Shown here piece by piece: positions 9,934-23,000 of a stretch of DNA of 34,324 nt (position 1 is the first letter of the stretch; every line of letters starts with the position of its first letter). The stretch is from positions 1 through 34,324 of the forward strand of contig MEDX01000040.1 of assembly GCA_001724245.1 (NCBI GenBank). Reading direction: 5' to 3'. A program made the position numbers and the translations under genes. Source of the DNA: Fonticula-like sp. SCN 57-25 (taxonomy: Eukaryota). A model generated the notes under the pieces. It was not told where the DNA came from, made no database searches, and saw only the letters and a program-made list of their open reading frames with translations.

Positions 9934-12900
9934 TCACTCGGCGCTCGGCGCTTCCGGTGCATGTTCCTCTGCGGCCGCCGCGCCCTTGAGCGCCGTTGTG
10001 GCCCGCAACTGGGCAAGCTCCACTTCGGCGGCCTGGTCCAGCAGGCGGAACTCGAGCTGCTGGCAGATGTGCTTCACGGCCTGATACTTGTCCTCGAGGG
10101 CACTGACCTGCGTCTGCCAGGCCTGCTCTTGCGTCTGTTGCCGTTTCAGCTGCACGACGTGGTCAGTTGACGAGAGCGCGACCAAAAAAACGTACCAAAT
10201 CCTCATTCAGGGTCCGCTGCGCCGAAATGGCCGTCTCGGAAGATGCCAACTTTGCCTTGAGCAGCCGAATCTCGGTCGAGTAAGATCTGACCAACGAGTG
10301 TAAGTAAAAACACATTGACCAATTCGCATAAAAACGACGCACTCTAAAAGCAGGCGGCTCTTTTCATCTTCTAATTGGAGCGACCGAATTACGTGGTCCT
10401 TTTCGCGCGCCAATGTAGCGAGAGTCTCGACTTCCTTCTTGCCCTCCTCGTGCGTGGCAGAATCGCGCTCCCAAAGCAGCAGCTGCGACGAAAGCTGCTG
10501 CACCTGGTGGGTCAGGTCGTCCACCGTCAGCGCCTTTGCCTCTGCAGTCGCTGTCCGCATTTCGAGAAGCGAGACGCGCTCCTCTGATGCCTCCAGCTTT
10601 GCCGTCTGCACAGTCACGCGGGCCTGAAGCTGCTGCAGCATCGCGTCCTTATCAATGCACGCGTCTCCGAGGCGCTTCGAGTCCTCACGATACTTGCTCG
10701 TCTTGCTCTGCAGCTCGGCGACCCACTTTTCATGAATGTCCTTGATTGCAACCAGATCCGTGCGCTGCGTGGCCACCTTTTGGTGCAGCTGCTTGAGCTC
10801 GGCCTTGTTCAAGCGCAGCTCCTCAAACTAGAGGTAAAGGTTAGCAGACGCTACAAATGATGACAAAGCGTACCAGTGATTCGTGGTCGGCGTCCTGCAG
10901 CATGCGAGCTTGCTTTTGGCGGTGAAGGCTTCGTACCAGCTGCGCGTACTGATGGCGCAGCTCGCGCTCAAACAAGAGCTGGTTCTGCAGCATAAAGAGA
11001 TCGCGACCCGACGCACTTTCAACCAGCGTCTGCGACGGCTCCACCGTGCTCGGCGACGACGGCGCGCTCATCGAGCTGTCGCTGCCGACGCGCTCGATCT
11101 GGTACGCGCGCATCACCTCATCCGAGGCAAGGCGGTAGGCCGAATACTTTGACGTCAGCGCGGGCACGCGCGACATGGGCTCCGACCGCCGCCTGCGGCC
11201 CTTGCTCGCCGTCCACCCCAACGGCTGATCCGGTACGTGAGCGCCAGGCTCAAAGGGAGACGTCGGCGCCGACCGATCGTCGAACACGCCAACAGGCGAC
11301 GACGCGTTTTTGGGAGACGAAACGGACATCGTCCCGAGGATTTCTTCAAGGATAGATGACGACTGGGCGCGCTTCGGGGTGGGAACCTCGACTTCTGCGG
11401 AGGGCCGCGGGGCATCGTCGCTTGCAAGCGGAGGCGACTGTGGGGCGTCAGGGTAAGGCGATGCCAGCGGGGAGTCAACCAGCGGCGGGGGCGATCCGAC
11501 GTGCGCCATTGAGTCCGCGGCCAGATTGAGGGAAGGGAGAGCGTCGCTGCTAGGAGTCGAGCTGCTTCTTTCGTCGTGCTCGCCAAAAACGGCGTGCTCG
11601 GTGCTCATTTCAAGGACATCTTCGGGTGTCATGTTGGCAAAGCGCGCCTCGCTTAGCTCGTCTTCCTTTGACGACAGAAAAAGACTCGGTGACAGCGACC
11701 GGCGCCGGAAGAGGGGCTGAAAGGCGGTCAGAAACAAAAGAAAAGCACGACGAGACGCGGCGTACGAAAACAAAAGTGGAAAGCTTGGTGCGCAGCGAGG
11801 TGGTCTGGGACGAGTTGCGCATAAAGTCTAGCATATTGCAGGGAAACACGCCGTACAATACATCAAAGTACAGTTCAAAAACACCCATAAACTTGTCACT
11901 TTCGGCTGCCTCGAGCCCAACGCCTCCCGCGTCTATAGCTGTTTAGCATGCAAAAGTACGAAATGGTGCTCGTACCGGTGAACGAGTTCCAGTCAGATAA
12001 TAACCAGCGCGAGTCAATCTCTGCAAGAGCGATAGATTCCGTGGTAAATGTCGACGCCACTTCGACCGCATCGTCGTCGCCTTCCGGTAATGATACCTCT
12101 TCATTGGTCTCTTCCACCTGACCTTGCGTCTACAATCGCACTTAGCAAGGCAGTTATAAACTGGCTGACGTACGGCCTCAAAGACGCTCAGCCAGCGGAA
12201 GCACCGCTGAAATACCGCCATCAGCGTGCTGTAGAGGTCACCTAACCTTGACGAGCAGGATGGAATGAGCATCAGCAGTGTCCGGAGCTCGACCAGGAAG
12301 AGACTGAAGGATTCGTCCACCTGCGCGCCAGTCAGAACAGGATCTTGGACAGAGAGCACATACCAGCAATGATGTCACGAGCGCGGAGAAAGAAGGCGTG
12401 TCCATCACATCGCTGATACCGCGAGCATGTCGCGAAACTAATTGGGCAAAGAGGTCCATGGCAACCACGCGAGTCGGCTTGGCGGCGATCCTTGGCGCGA
12501 GGTGGTTGAAAAAGGTGCGGGCATCCAGCTCGCCCAGGGCAAGAACAACAGCAACAGCGCGGTCCCCGTTGCGCATTGCGCTTTGGAACAGACTCACTGC
12601 GAGCTGCTCGTCCTTTACCCCCAATTCGGCCAGGAGCGCCGTAGCCGCAGATGAGGCTGCGATATGCGACGATTCGGCATGCTTTCTCAAAAACGGGTAC
12701 CATTCGGCCGCCTTGTCGCCTGCTCCGCCTATCTGCAGCAGCTGCATGCATGAAAGCAAAACACTCGCCTGCTTGTCCGTGGTCTCCGTGTCCAGCTTGG
12801 CCGCGCGGACTTCTGCAAAGAGCTGTGCATCGGTGGTGAGCGTTTGGCGGCCCAGGGTTCGGACGTCGTACCAGAGGGCTAGCGGTCACATTGGCGCCTG

Positions 12901-13003
12901 CTGTCCTTCCTAAATCCTTCAAGCGGTCTATCAAGTCTTGGTCCAGCGTGCCGCTCTTTGTTGCCGACACAACCCCCCGCACGATCTCCTTGGTGACCTG
13001 CAT
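9934..13003 (-). CDS. TSC1: Hamartin / tuberous sclerosis 1 homologue; about 8 introns
   Basis: YFDVLYGVFPCNMLDFMR matches the hamartin LYGxxPCN motif. An S/P-rich linker is followed by LQNQLLFERELRHQYAQLVRSL (hamartin LxNQLLYERxxRxQHA) and a long coiled coil. Confidence 0.82.
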
Positions 13004-13094
13004 CCCGCTTCAGGCGCACAGGCACTGAATACCGTAAAGTTGTGAAATGCTGACATCACGTTACCGTTCCTGTTTCAGACCTGCCCTGCCGAGG

Positions 13095-13997
13095 ATGTCC
13101 GAGGTAAAGCTGGAGTGGATCATTGAGCTGGCCCGCGCGGCTGGCGCCCACATCAAGGCCGCCTTTGTGGTCGACAAGAAGATCGAGTACAAGGGAGAGA
13201 ACGATCTGGTGACGGACACTGACAAGGCGGTGGAGGAGGCAATCATCACCTCGATCCGCGCCAAGTTTCCCACGCACCACTTTTTGGCCGAGGAGTCGTC
13301 CGCCCTCGCCGAGGTCTTCCCTTCGCTCACCGACGCGCCGACCTGGATCATTGACCCGGTCGACGGCACCACCAACTTTGCGCACAGCCACCCCTTTGTT
13401 GCGGTGTCGATTGCTTTCGCTGTCAACAAGGTGGTTCAGATGGGCGTCGTGTACAACCCGGTTCTGGACGAGCTGTTCTATGCCGAGCGCGGATCTGGCG
13501 CGTTCCTGAATGGACAGCGCATCAGCGTGAGCACGCAGACGTCGATCGGCCGCAGCCTTGTCACGACGGGCTTTAACGCGTATGTGGTCGGAGCCGAGCG
13601 TGGGTCTGGCATGTACGCGTCATCAAACATTCCCTACCCGAACGGCGTGCCGCCGACGCGTGAAACGCGCCCGCCGCTTCCCAAGACGCGCTGCCTGGAC
13701 GCCACCCTGAATAACCTGCACGCCGCACTCTGCCTGGCGCAGGATGTGCGCCGCTGCGGCTCCGCGGCCCTTGACATGTGCTACGTGGCATGCGGTCGCT
13801 ACGAGCTGTACTTTGAGTGGGGCCCGCGCGAGTGGGACTTTGCCGCCGGGCTTGTCATCCTTCAGGAGGCTGGCGGTATCATTACACGGTTTGACGGAAG
13901 CGAATTTGACATTTCGTGCCGCGACGCCGTGGCGGCCAACTCGCGCGCGCTCGCCGACCAGTTGATACCGTACCTCGAGCTCCCCGTCATCGTATAA
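13095..13997 (+). CDS. Inositol monophosphatase (IMPase/SuhB family), intronless; alternative in-frame ATG at 13047
   Basis: DLVTDTDKAVE, FLAEE, TWIIDPVDGTTNFAH, RRCGSAALDMCYVACG, WDFAAGLVILQEAGG. Confidence 0.93.
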   Translation: MSEVKLEWIIELARAAGAHIKAAFVVDKKIEYKGENDLVTDTDKAVEEAIITSIRAKFPTHHFLAEESSALAEVFPSLTDAPTWIIDPVDGTTNFAHSHPFVAVSIAFAVNKVVQMGVVYNPVLDELFYAERGSGAFLNGQRISVSTQTSIGRSLVTTGFNAYVVGAERGSGMYASSNIPYPNGVPPTRETRPPLPKTRCLDATLNNLHAALCLAQDVRRCGSAALDMCYVACGRYELYFEWGPREWDFAAGLVILQEAGGIITRFDGSEFDISCRDAVAANSRALADQLIPYLELPVIV

Positions 13998-14085
13998 TTT
14001 TGTTTTTTTGCTATCCAAAAAGGAGTTGCAGTTTTCAATGCATTTACATAATACATTCCTCAAGCACAGCTATCTAAAACTACCA

Positions 14086-15921
14086 CTACTTGTACGAAGG
14101 CTCTACCCAGCCGCCAAACTCGCGCTCAAGCTCCTGCGCCACGCGGAGGCAGAGCCCGTCGTTGCCCTTGGCGGCCACGACCTGCACGCCGAGAGGCATG
14201 CCATCGCGGCTGAGGCCAACGGGAATGGCCGTTACTGGCACATCCAGTACGTTAAAGATGGCAGTGTACACAAAGTTGAACGGGTAAAACGACGGCTCGT
14301 AGTGCTGCGCGCGCGTTAGCAAAAGCAAAATTTTGTTGCGAGCGTACCTTGTAAGCAGTGCACGGGTGGGAAGGGACGATGAGAACACCGTCGCGACCAA
14401 GCGCGGCATTGAGCGCCTCGCGCAGCTCCTTGCCCTCCACCTGGGCGCGGGCGTGCGCGGCAGGGGTCAGCCTGTCACAGCAGCATGAGCATGGCCATGC
14501 ACATAATCGATATATCGTACTTTGCGTTCATGGGCTCAATCATTGAGTACAGAACGCCGGGCAGGGTAAAGTTGGACATGCCAAGCACAACACGGACGAG
14601 CTCAGAGAGCGGGTTAAAGTTGTCCGTCTCATTGCCCATCAGATACCTACAGCAGGTGTGAGAAAAACAACAATCTACCACAAAGGGGCATACTTGAAGT
14701 GGTTGTTGTTGGCATCGTAGAGCATGCTGGACCAGATATTGAAGGCGTTATCAAAGCCGGGCAGGTAAAGGTCCCTGGCATCAATCATGCCGCAGCGCTC
14801 AGTGAGTGTGCTGTGAACCGAGCGAACCGCGCGGCGGATCTCGGGCGAGACACTCTGCACGAGAGGCGTCCTGAACGACTCGGTAAAGTAGACACGGACC
14901 TTGGAAAGGTCCACCTTGGCGGGGTCGGCGATGCTCGACGGGTCGCTCGCGATGAGGCGCAGGACCGGGTAGAGGTCGCCGGCATAGCGGCAAAGCGGGC
15001 CGGACGAGCAGTAGCGCACGATTTCGTCCACGACCGGGGGGTGCTGGCCGCTGCTGTCGACGAGGCCGGGCGTGGGCTTGTGGCCAAACACGCCGTTAAA
15101 AAAGGCGGGCATGCGAATGGAGCCGCCAATATCAGAGCCCAAACCAAAAATAGACGCTCCGCCGCCGATGATGGCGCCCTCGCCGCCCGAGCTGCCGCCG
15201 ACATGGCGCGACAGGTCGTAGGGGTTGTTGGTCCTGCCCCAGATCTTACAAATATGTTAGTCTCGAGGCCAAGGGAGCGACGCGAGGCGTACCGTGTTGT
15301 ACGTTTCATACCACATGCACAGCTCAGGGATGTTGGTCACACCGAACGGAATGCTAATACCGGCCTTATCAGAACACTATCAGGGCCATAGAGAGCGCGT
15401 ACAGGCCAGCGGTGCGAAGCTTGGCGACAGCCGGGGAATCTTCCTTGGCCGCGCCGAGGCCCATGCGCGACTTGAGGCCAGCCGAGTGCGGCATGCCGGT
15501 GAGCTTGAGGCTCTCCTTGATGGTGCAGGGCACGCCGAGGAAAGGCTGCTTGATAGCGCTATACTGCCCCGAGGCGAGCTTCTCGTCGGCCTGCTTCGCC
15601 TCGATGAGCGCCTCCGCGAACCGGTCCACGACTACGGCATTGAGGAACGGGTTCACCAACTTGATGCGGTCAATGTAGAGCTGCACGAGCTCCACCGACG
15701 TTGTTTCCTTGTCGCGCAGCTGGGTCGCAAGGGGTCAGCCATGTCGCGCGCGAGTCGAACCACCGTACCTTTTGGGCCAGCTGCGTCGCGGGCAATAGCA
15801 GCAGCGGGTGCTGGATAGCCATGCTGCCCTTGGGGCGCTTGACGGTAGGGCGGATGCAGAGCATCATGAGCTTTGCAAAGAGGCCCCATAGGTAGCCCAG
15901 CATCCCGACAATCGCACTCAT
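14086..15921 (-). CDS. Amidase-signature enzyme, fatty-acid amide hydrolase 2-like; several introns
   Basis: PFLGVPCTIKES (catalytic Lys), GGSSGGEGA, GLGSDIGGSIRMPAFFNGVFGHKPT, GMPLGVQVV, ELEREFGGW; hydrophobic N-terminus. Confidence 0.9.
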
Positions 15922-16180
15922 CCTGCGCGTCGTCTCGTGTCGTCTCGACTTTGAGCGCGGGCCGACCCCTTCCCGGCAATGATCTCTGATTGGCCACCCA
16001 CCCTGAGTAGGGGAATGCAGTCGGACCACCCGGCAGCATTCCGGGGTGATGAACTTGCATCCCCCGAATTTGTGAACCGTCAACCGTCATTTCCCAACTT
16101 TTCAACGACGCGCGTTCAGGTGATCGGCAGCCAGTGGGCGATCTCGGCCGCGACACTTGGCGGGAAAGACGTCCTTCGCA

Positions 16181-19100
16181 ATGGACGAATTCTTCTTTGA
16201 GGACGCGTACGCGGACTCTCCCGCGTTCAGACTAAAGATCGATGAGCACTGGCGGCACGTCGAGGCGCTCTGGGAGGGATTGCGGCGTATTCAGGTTGCT
16301 GCTCAGCGACTAGCCGCCGCGGAGCGCCGTACGTCGAGAGCGTTGGCCGTAGTTGTGCTATGTCACTTACACGGTTTGTACAGATGCACTGCAGACGAGC
16401 CAGCAGCTGGCCGACGAGTTCCAGATGTTCAAGTCGATCGGGATGGCGACGGCAACTACGCCCGGGGCCTCCGAGAGTACGATTTATGGGGCACGCTCAT
16501 CTTGGTCGACTCACTTGTGCTTTCCTCTAGGTAAAACGGCCCTTTCTCGCTTTGGGCAGACGTTTACGGCTCTGGATATTCACCGCGAGCACTTTGTACG
16601 TTACCCATGCCGGAACTCGCCAATGCTGACTACTACCCCGCAGCTCTCGCATCTTGAGGAGGTTCTTGTGCAATCCTGCCAAAAGTTTTACGTCGAAGAG
16701 TTTATGCCGGCAAAGGAGCTGAAGGCAAAGATGGAGCGCGAGCAGGCAGACATGGAGTCGGAGCTGGGCAAGCTGGGGTCTCTTTCAAAGAAGAAGGAGG
16801 CCAAGGGCTCCAACAAGGAGGCCGAGGTCCGTTACCCGCCTTTGTGCCGTCTGCATCGCTGACGCACTAAAAGATTTTTACCATTCTGCGCACTATGCGC
16901 AAAAATTACCACCAATCGCTGCTGGAGCTTGCGGAGCGTCTGACCTGGCTTACCTCCACGACGCACGTCCGCTTTGCGGAGAAGGCGGCGCTCTACGTGA
17001 GCGGCCTGTGCAAGTTTTACACGAGCTGTGCCACCCTGGCCGACGGCGTCGTTCCTGTTGTGCAGGAGCTGACCGCCGATTTGCAAGAGGTGCGACTTTG
17101 CCGCTTGCTTTCTTTTGCTGACGTGGCGACTCGCGGAGTAGGCGCTCGCCCAGACGCAGCTCGAGCGCGAAGACCACGAGCAGGCTATCCAACAGCTGCT
17201 TGAGAACGGTGTGCGTCAATTTGAGGACACCATTGCGCCGTCTGCGGCCGCGCTTTCTGAGCTGCGCACGCAATACCTGGATGCGGTAGAGCACGGGCTC
17301 AGCTCGAGCGTGTCGCCGCACCGCTCCGGGTACCTGTTCAAGCGCGGATCCGGTACCATCAAAAACTGGAGCAGGCGATATTTCCGCATCAACATGTCGG
17401 ACTGTAGACTCGAGTACACGAACCCAAAGGACCCGAATGCATCGACGGTGGCCGTCTACCTAGAGGGCGGCTCTGTCGGTGAGATTGAGCAGGACGACAG
17501 GCGCTTTGTGTTTCAGATTTCGGCAAAGGGAATGTACGTGCTTTGACGCCTGCCTTTCTGCCGCGAGCTCACTTTTTTCGGCAGCTCGTATTTCCTGCAG
17601 GCCGAGAACGAAGTAGATATGATGGAGTGGATCATGGCCCTCATGTCTGCGATCAACGCCAGCTCGCAGGCGCGCCCCGGTAGCCCCGTAAAGGACATGT
17701 TTTCCCCTGCCGACTCTAGATCCGCGTCGCCTGAAAAGAGCACCAGCTCTGTACGTACTTTTTTATGTGTATCCATTGCTGATGCCTTTTCCGCAGCCGC
17801 GACCCCTGGGAATGCTGCGCGCCAGTTCCAGCCGCCTTCAGCTCGAGTCGCTGGACGATGTACGCCTAGCTTTCCACGTGCCGCTGTGCGCACTAACAGT
17901 TTACTTTTAGATTGTCCTGCGGTCGGTCGAACGCCAGGAGGACTCGTCCTACATGAAGAACGGCGAGCTTCACCTGCAGCGCGAAGGCCGCAAGCCGTCT
18001 CGGTCGCTCTCGCGTGCGACTCTCTTTGGAGACAGCACGCCCGAGTCGCCCTGGCGCGAGGTGTCTGCTCACCTCACCAAGGAGGGCCGACTCGTTATGT
18101 TTGAGTACGAGCGCCCGCGCGCCACCTCTGGCGGTGAAAAGACCCTTGCTCGGCGTTCTGCTGGCGTGAGCCCCACGGTTGCCATGCAGTCCAACACGAG
18201 TCTTCTGAACGGCTCGCAGCTGTCGTCGCGGGGGCGGCCGCGCGCGGTGCTCAACGTAGATTTGCCCCAGATGATGCGCGCCGACATTGAGGTCCTGCAC
18301 GAGTCGCTGGTCCACCGCCGCTTTGCGTTCAGCATCACCACGTCGCAGAAGCGCTACGTCCTGGCGGCGTTGAGCCCCAGCGAGCGCGACCAGTGGGTTC
18401 TTTTGCTCAAGCAGTACTGCTCGGACAACGTCCGCGCGAGCCCCGGAAACGAGTGCAGGTCGGTCGTCACCCTCAACATCGAGGTCCAGGAGGCGCGCTA
18501 CCTCGCCCCGTACGATGTCTACTGCGAGATTCTCGTTGATAGCGTCAAGCGTGCCCAGACGGCCACGCGGTCAAAGTCGACGGGCGCTTTCTGGGGAGAG
18601 CTGTTTACGTTCCCGTGCGTGCTCGCCAATGTGTGAAACTTTTTTGTGCTAATGTTTGGGTCAGTGATATCCCCGAGGTCGAGGAGGGCATTACTCTGCT
18701 GTTCAAGGGCGAGCAGCGCCTCTCAAAGGACATCGACATTGGGTTTGCGTTCTTGCCGGTTGAAGAGCTGACGACAAACACGAACGGCGGCTGGAGCTCC
18801 AGGACAAAGGCCATGTGCGCCGCTTCACGTTTGATACTTGTTGTTCTGACCGAATGCGTAGCCAACTGTCGCCGTCGCAGACGGAAGGCGCCAACAAGCC
18901 CGACGTCAAGCTGATGGTCAACCTGCGGACGCTCTACCTTCTCCCCATTGAGCAGTACAAGGAGTTTGAGGAGGCGTTCTTTTCGCTGGACGTGCCCAGC
19001 ATGCACGAGCTCGGAAAGGCCACGGACCGCCTAGAGATGTTGGCGACGGTGCGTCTCGCAGATACACAAGTTTTATTTTGCTGACCATGATTGGGTAGAT

Positions 19101-20158
19101 TGTGATGCGCATTCTGCATGCCAAGCACCTTGCTGTAAAGTGGCTCGACGACCTGTGCCTCGCTGAAGTCCAAAACACCGAGCTGAACAGCGTAAACACC
19201 CTCTTCCGCGGCAACTCGATTGCGTCAAAGGCAGTTGACGTCTACCTCAAGCTGACCGGCTACAACTACCTGAACGACACCATTGGCGACATCATCCGCG
19301 ACATTGTGGACTCGCGCACCGGCATCGAGGTGGACCCGTCTCGCCTCTCCAACAGCGATGACGTGGCCAAGCAGTCGCAGAAGCTGCTCGCCCTCGTGCA
19401 GCAGATCTGGACCGCCATCTGCCGGTCGGCGCCGTACTGCCCTCCGTACGCGCAGTTTTGTCTTTGAATGCGTATCATGCTAACAATGTTGTGCAGCACG
19501 CTTCGCATCATTTTCCGCCAGCTGCAGCGCCACTCGTTCCAGCAGTTTGGCACTGAGAACGGCTCCCAGTATATTATCGTCAGCGCGTTCTTGTTCCTGC
19601 GCTTCTTTTGCGCGGCCATCCTCACGCCCAAGCTCTTTGGCCTTGTGCACGGTACGCGACTGGTCCCTTTGCGCGCTGGTTCTAAACTCGCGACGCAGAC
19701 CACCCGGACGACAAGACGAGGCGGACGCTCATGCTGATTGCAAAGACCCTGCAGAACCTCGCCAACCTGACGCCCTTTGGCGCCAAGGAGGCGTACATGA
19801 TTCCCCTGAACGACTTTATGAACGTGCGTACCCGCCGTCGGCCCCGCGTGGCGTTGCTAAATGCGCCGTTTTGTAGGCCAACATGTCGGCGATGATGGAG
19901 TTTATCAACACTGTCTCGACGTACAACGAGGACGCGCCGGTTGTCGAGGTCAACTTTATCGACTACCCGCTAGAGCTGGCGCAGCTGCAGCAGTACATCA
20001 CGCTCCACCGCGACGCGCTGTACAGGCCGACGGCGGTGCCGCTCCGGCAGCTGCGGGACGCCTCGGAGAGGATTGAGAAGAAGCTGATGGCCGCCACGAC
20101 CGTGTCGTACGACGACTTTTTGAAGGAGGCGGCGGAGCATGCCACCGGACGCAGTTGA
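16181..20158 (+). CDS. Ras GTPase-activating protein with N-terminal BAR-PH, a second (split) PH-like region and a C2 domain; about 14 introns
   Basis: N-terminal DSPAFR followed by a helical BAR-like region. [22 protein letters not shown]...[16 protein letters not shown]....EWI. Second PH ends FAFSITT..KRYVLAA....ERDQWV. C2: YCEILVD..KRAQT.......AFWGELFTF. Ras[62 protein letters not shown]. Confidence 0.85.
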
Positions 20159-20567
20159 GTTTTTTTAGTAGTAGCACAGCGTGTGCATACCGATCCGCGC
20201 GTTTTTCCCTTTTCCCTCTTTTGCTACTGTGCTTTTTTAATTCTGGTGAAGCGTGGCCGTTTGCTATTTATTGGCCTGCTCCTTTGTACGGAACCGCGAG
20301 GCCACCTCTGTGGACGCGTTGGTTCCAAGTCATTTTTGTCTCTTTTTGCACTCGCTGTTTTGTTTTCTTTCGGTGTTAGACGAGTGGTTTCTTGTGTAAA
20401 GTGTATTGTACCGTGTCCGCATAGTGGTAATGAAACGCATACCTTGCAAATTCTGTTTGCCTTGGTCGTCCAGTCGCCACACCAAAGGCTCAAACTCGGA
20501 CAATTATAAATGGCCACGTGGATAGTGGCCTGATGTTTGCATTGTCAATATTGACGGGCACCGCACG

Positions 20568-21997
20568 ATGCCGCCGCGCAAGGATGCCGCGCGCCCTCCT
20601 TTCGAGTACGAGTTCTTTGGGCCCGTTGGCACAGCCTTTATCATGGCAACGCTGCCTATCACGATAGTTGGGCTGTACGCGTTCTGTAATGAGGATGTCG
20701 GATGCTCGGTTTTGCCCCCTGCGCCGCTGAGCGCGGCCATCGCGGCGGTCGAGGCGCACATGCCGCTCATCACGCCGCTGGACGCGGGCCTTGTTCTTGG
20801 CTGGTTCATGCTGCACGTCGTGCTTTACGTTGTTCTCCCGGGGCCGGTTCGCCAGGGAATCACCAACCCCGACGGCAGCAAGCTGTCTTACACAATGAAT
20901 GGTTCGCCTCAGCGAGATCTCCTGCCATGGCTAACTCGTGCGCCCAGGTTTACTCGAGCTTGCCGTATCGCTCTCACTTGCTGTTGGACTGCACCTTTAC
21001 GGTGCCTTTGACATTACCATCATCTACCATCGGTTCCTCAACCTCGCCGTCACGTCCATTGCCTTTAGCATCATTCTGTCGGTCTACACCTACGCGGTGT
21101 CATTCGTCCCCGGCACTCTGCGCGCCGTCCCCGGCTCTTCGGGTACACTTTTATATATACTATTATTGCCTATGCTTAAACTGTAACGTAGACAATGTGA
21201 TCTACGACTTTTTCATTGGTCGCGCGCTGACGCCCCGGCTCCTTGGCCTCGACCTCAAGTTCTTCTGCGAGCAGCGCCCCGGCCTTTCGGCCTGGTGCCT
21301 TATCAACATCGCGTGCCTTGTCGAGCAGTACAATACGCTTGGTTATGTGACGAACGGCATGTGGGTTGTTGTGCTGCTGACCGTCATGTATGTTGTTGAC
21401 ACGTTTGTCTTTGAGGTTCGTGGCATATTCCCTCTATAAATTCGCTGACGCGCCGCGTAGGACGCGGTGTTGACCACGGCCGACATCATGACGGAAGGCT
21501 TTGGCTTTATGCTTGTCTTTGGCGACCTTGCGTGGGTGCCGTTCACGTACACCTTCCAGGCGCGCTTCCTTGTCGTGCAGCCCGACTCGCTCTCCCTAAC
21601 AGCCGCGCTCGCCATCGCCGCCCTCGGGCTTGCTGGCTTTCTCGTTTTCCGCATGTCCAACCTTGAAAAGCACCACTTTCGCCACAAGCCCGACAGCTGG
21701 CTGGCCAAGCGCCTTCAGTACATCAACACGGAGAGCGGCAGCAGGCTCATCACGTCCGGCTGGTGGGGCCGCGCGCGCCATATCAACTACTTTGGCGACT
21801 GGGTGCTCAGCCTGGCGCAGTGCATTGCAGCCGGCGGCGTGACCTCTTTCCTTCCGTACTGGTTTGTCATTTACTTTGGCATCCTGCTCGTGCACAGGGA
21901 GAGGCGCGACGAGCACAAGTGCAGGCTAAAGTACGGCAGGGACTGGGACAAGTACTGCAGCAAGGTCCCGTACCGTATCATCCCCTACATCTATTAA
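20568..21997 (+). CDS. Sterol C14-reductase (ERG24/TM7SF2/LBR family); 3 introns
   Basis: [113 protein letters not shown]. Confidence 0.92.
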
Positions 21998-22267
21998 TGA
22001 ACAAATAAATAAGAGTTTTGTCAGTTAAAAGCTTGTTTCAAGCGCATTGTACATGCGGGTTTCCTTATGGCTAAGTTACAATGGCCTTCAGATGCCGCCT
22101 TGCAATATCCATAATACGATGATGAGTCACATGTTTGCAGTTTGCACTCAATTGACCCGAGACGCGTCAAAGACCAAGGCCGGCAGAAGAGACTAAGCGC
22201 CAAAGCCCCGCCGGCTGGATCTCACGAGCAACTTGGCGTGGAGCCTGGGCATGGTCACGTCGACAGC

Positions 22268-23000
22268 ATGTCGGACCTCAGACTGCAGATCGTAGACGAG
22301 CTGCCCTTGGAGGCGCGGGCCGAGGTCGAGGAGCTGAACGTACGCGTCGCCGTGCATGCCAGTTTCTTGCGCTGACTTTCGGCACACCTATTAGAAAGAC
22401 TTGTTTCCAGTCACATATGGGTCGTTCTTTTACGATCAGCTATTTATTTCTAGAGAGTACCTTCTTTCCGCGGCGTTGGACCCGTCGACAGGGCAGATCG
22501 TTGCGTTTGCTTCATATTCGATCAACGATGGCAGCGACTGGGGCGGGATCATATCCCGACGCGTCTGCCACTTGTTAACATTTGGCGTGCGAGCTGGGCT
22601 GCGGCACAAGGGCGTTGGCACTCTTTTGCTGCAGCACATCATGTCGTCGATGTTTGGGAAAGGAGGCGCGCACGCCATCGAGCTGAACGTGCTCGAATCC
22701 AACGAGCGCGCCATTCGCTTCTACGAGCGCAACGGCTTTCGCAAAGTATATAAGCATTACGAGTACTACATTTTGGAGGACGGCCCGCGAACGGGATTTT
22801 TGATGGAGTGCCGATTGCCGTCAGGGCTGGCCCAAGAGGGCCCGTGGCGTTACTTTTGGGCCATTTGGGATGGCGGCGAGCAGCTATTGCACGCCGTTGT
22901 TACCAGCATTTCAAGCATTCCGTTCAGAATTTACCACTCGGTGGCTTCGCTCCGCAGAAGTTCTCGGGCCGGCGCCAAGAGCGGCGACGATGTCGTCTGA
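22268..23000 (+). CDS. GNAT N-acetyltransferase, NAA60/NAA50-like; one intron 22340-22394
   Basis: ELN|KDLFPVTYGSFFY, HLLTFGVRAGLRHKGVGTLLL (acetyl-CoA motif A), LNVLESNERAIRFYERNGF, YY. An aromatic, amphipathic-looking C-terminal extension favours NAA60. Confidence 0.75.

Noticed and set aside
16491-16530. Possible GC-AG intron (GCACGC donor) in the RasGAP gene
   Set aside because: It would shift the frame. The canonical GTACGA donor at 16477 gives an in-frame 54-nt intron.
22030-22090. Minus-strand GCCATTGTAACTTAGCCATAAGGAAA resembles the 5' end of U12 snRNA
   Set aside because: The branch-pairing GUAAGGA and the 5' UGCCUUAA are imperfect, there is no convincing Sm site or downstream stems, and it would run antisense into the sterol reductase 3' end. 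A cmscan would settle it.
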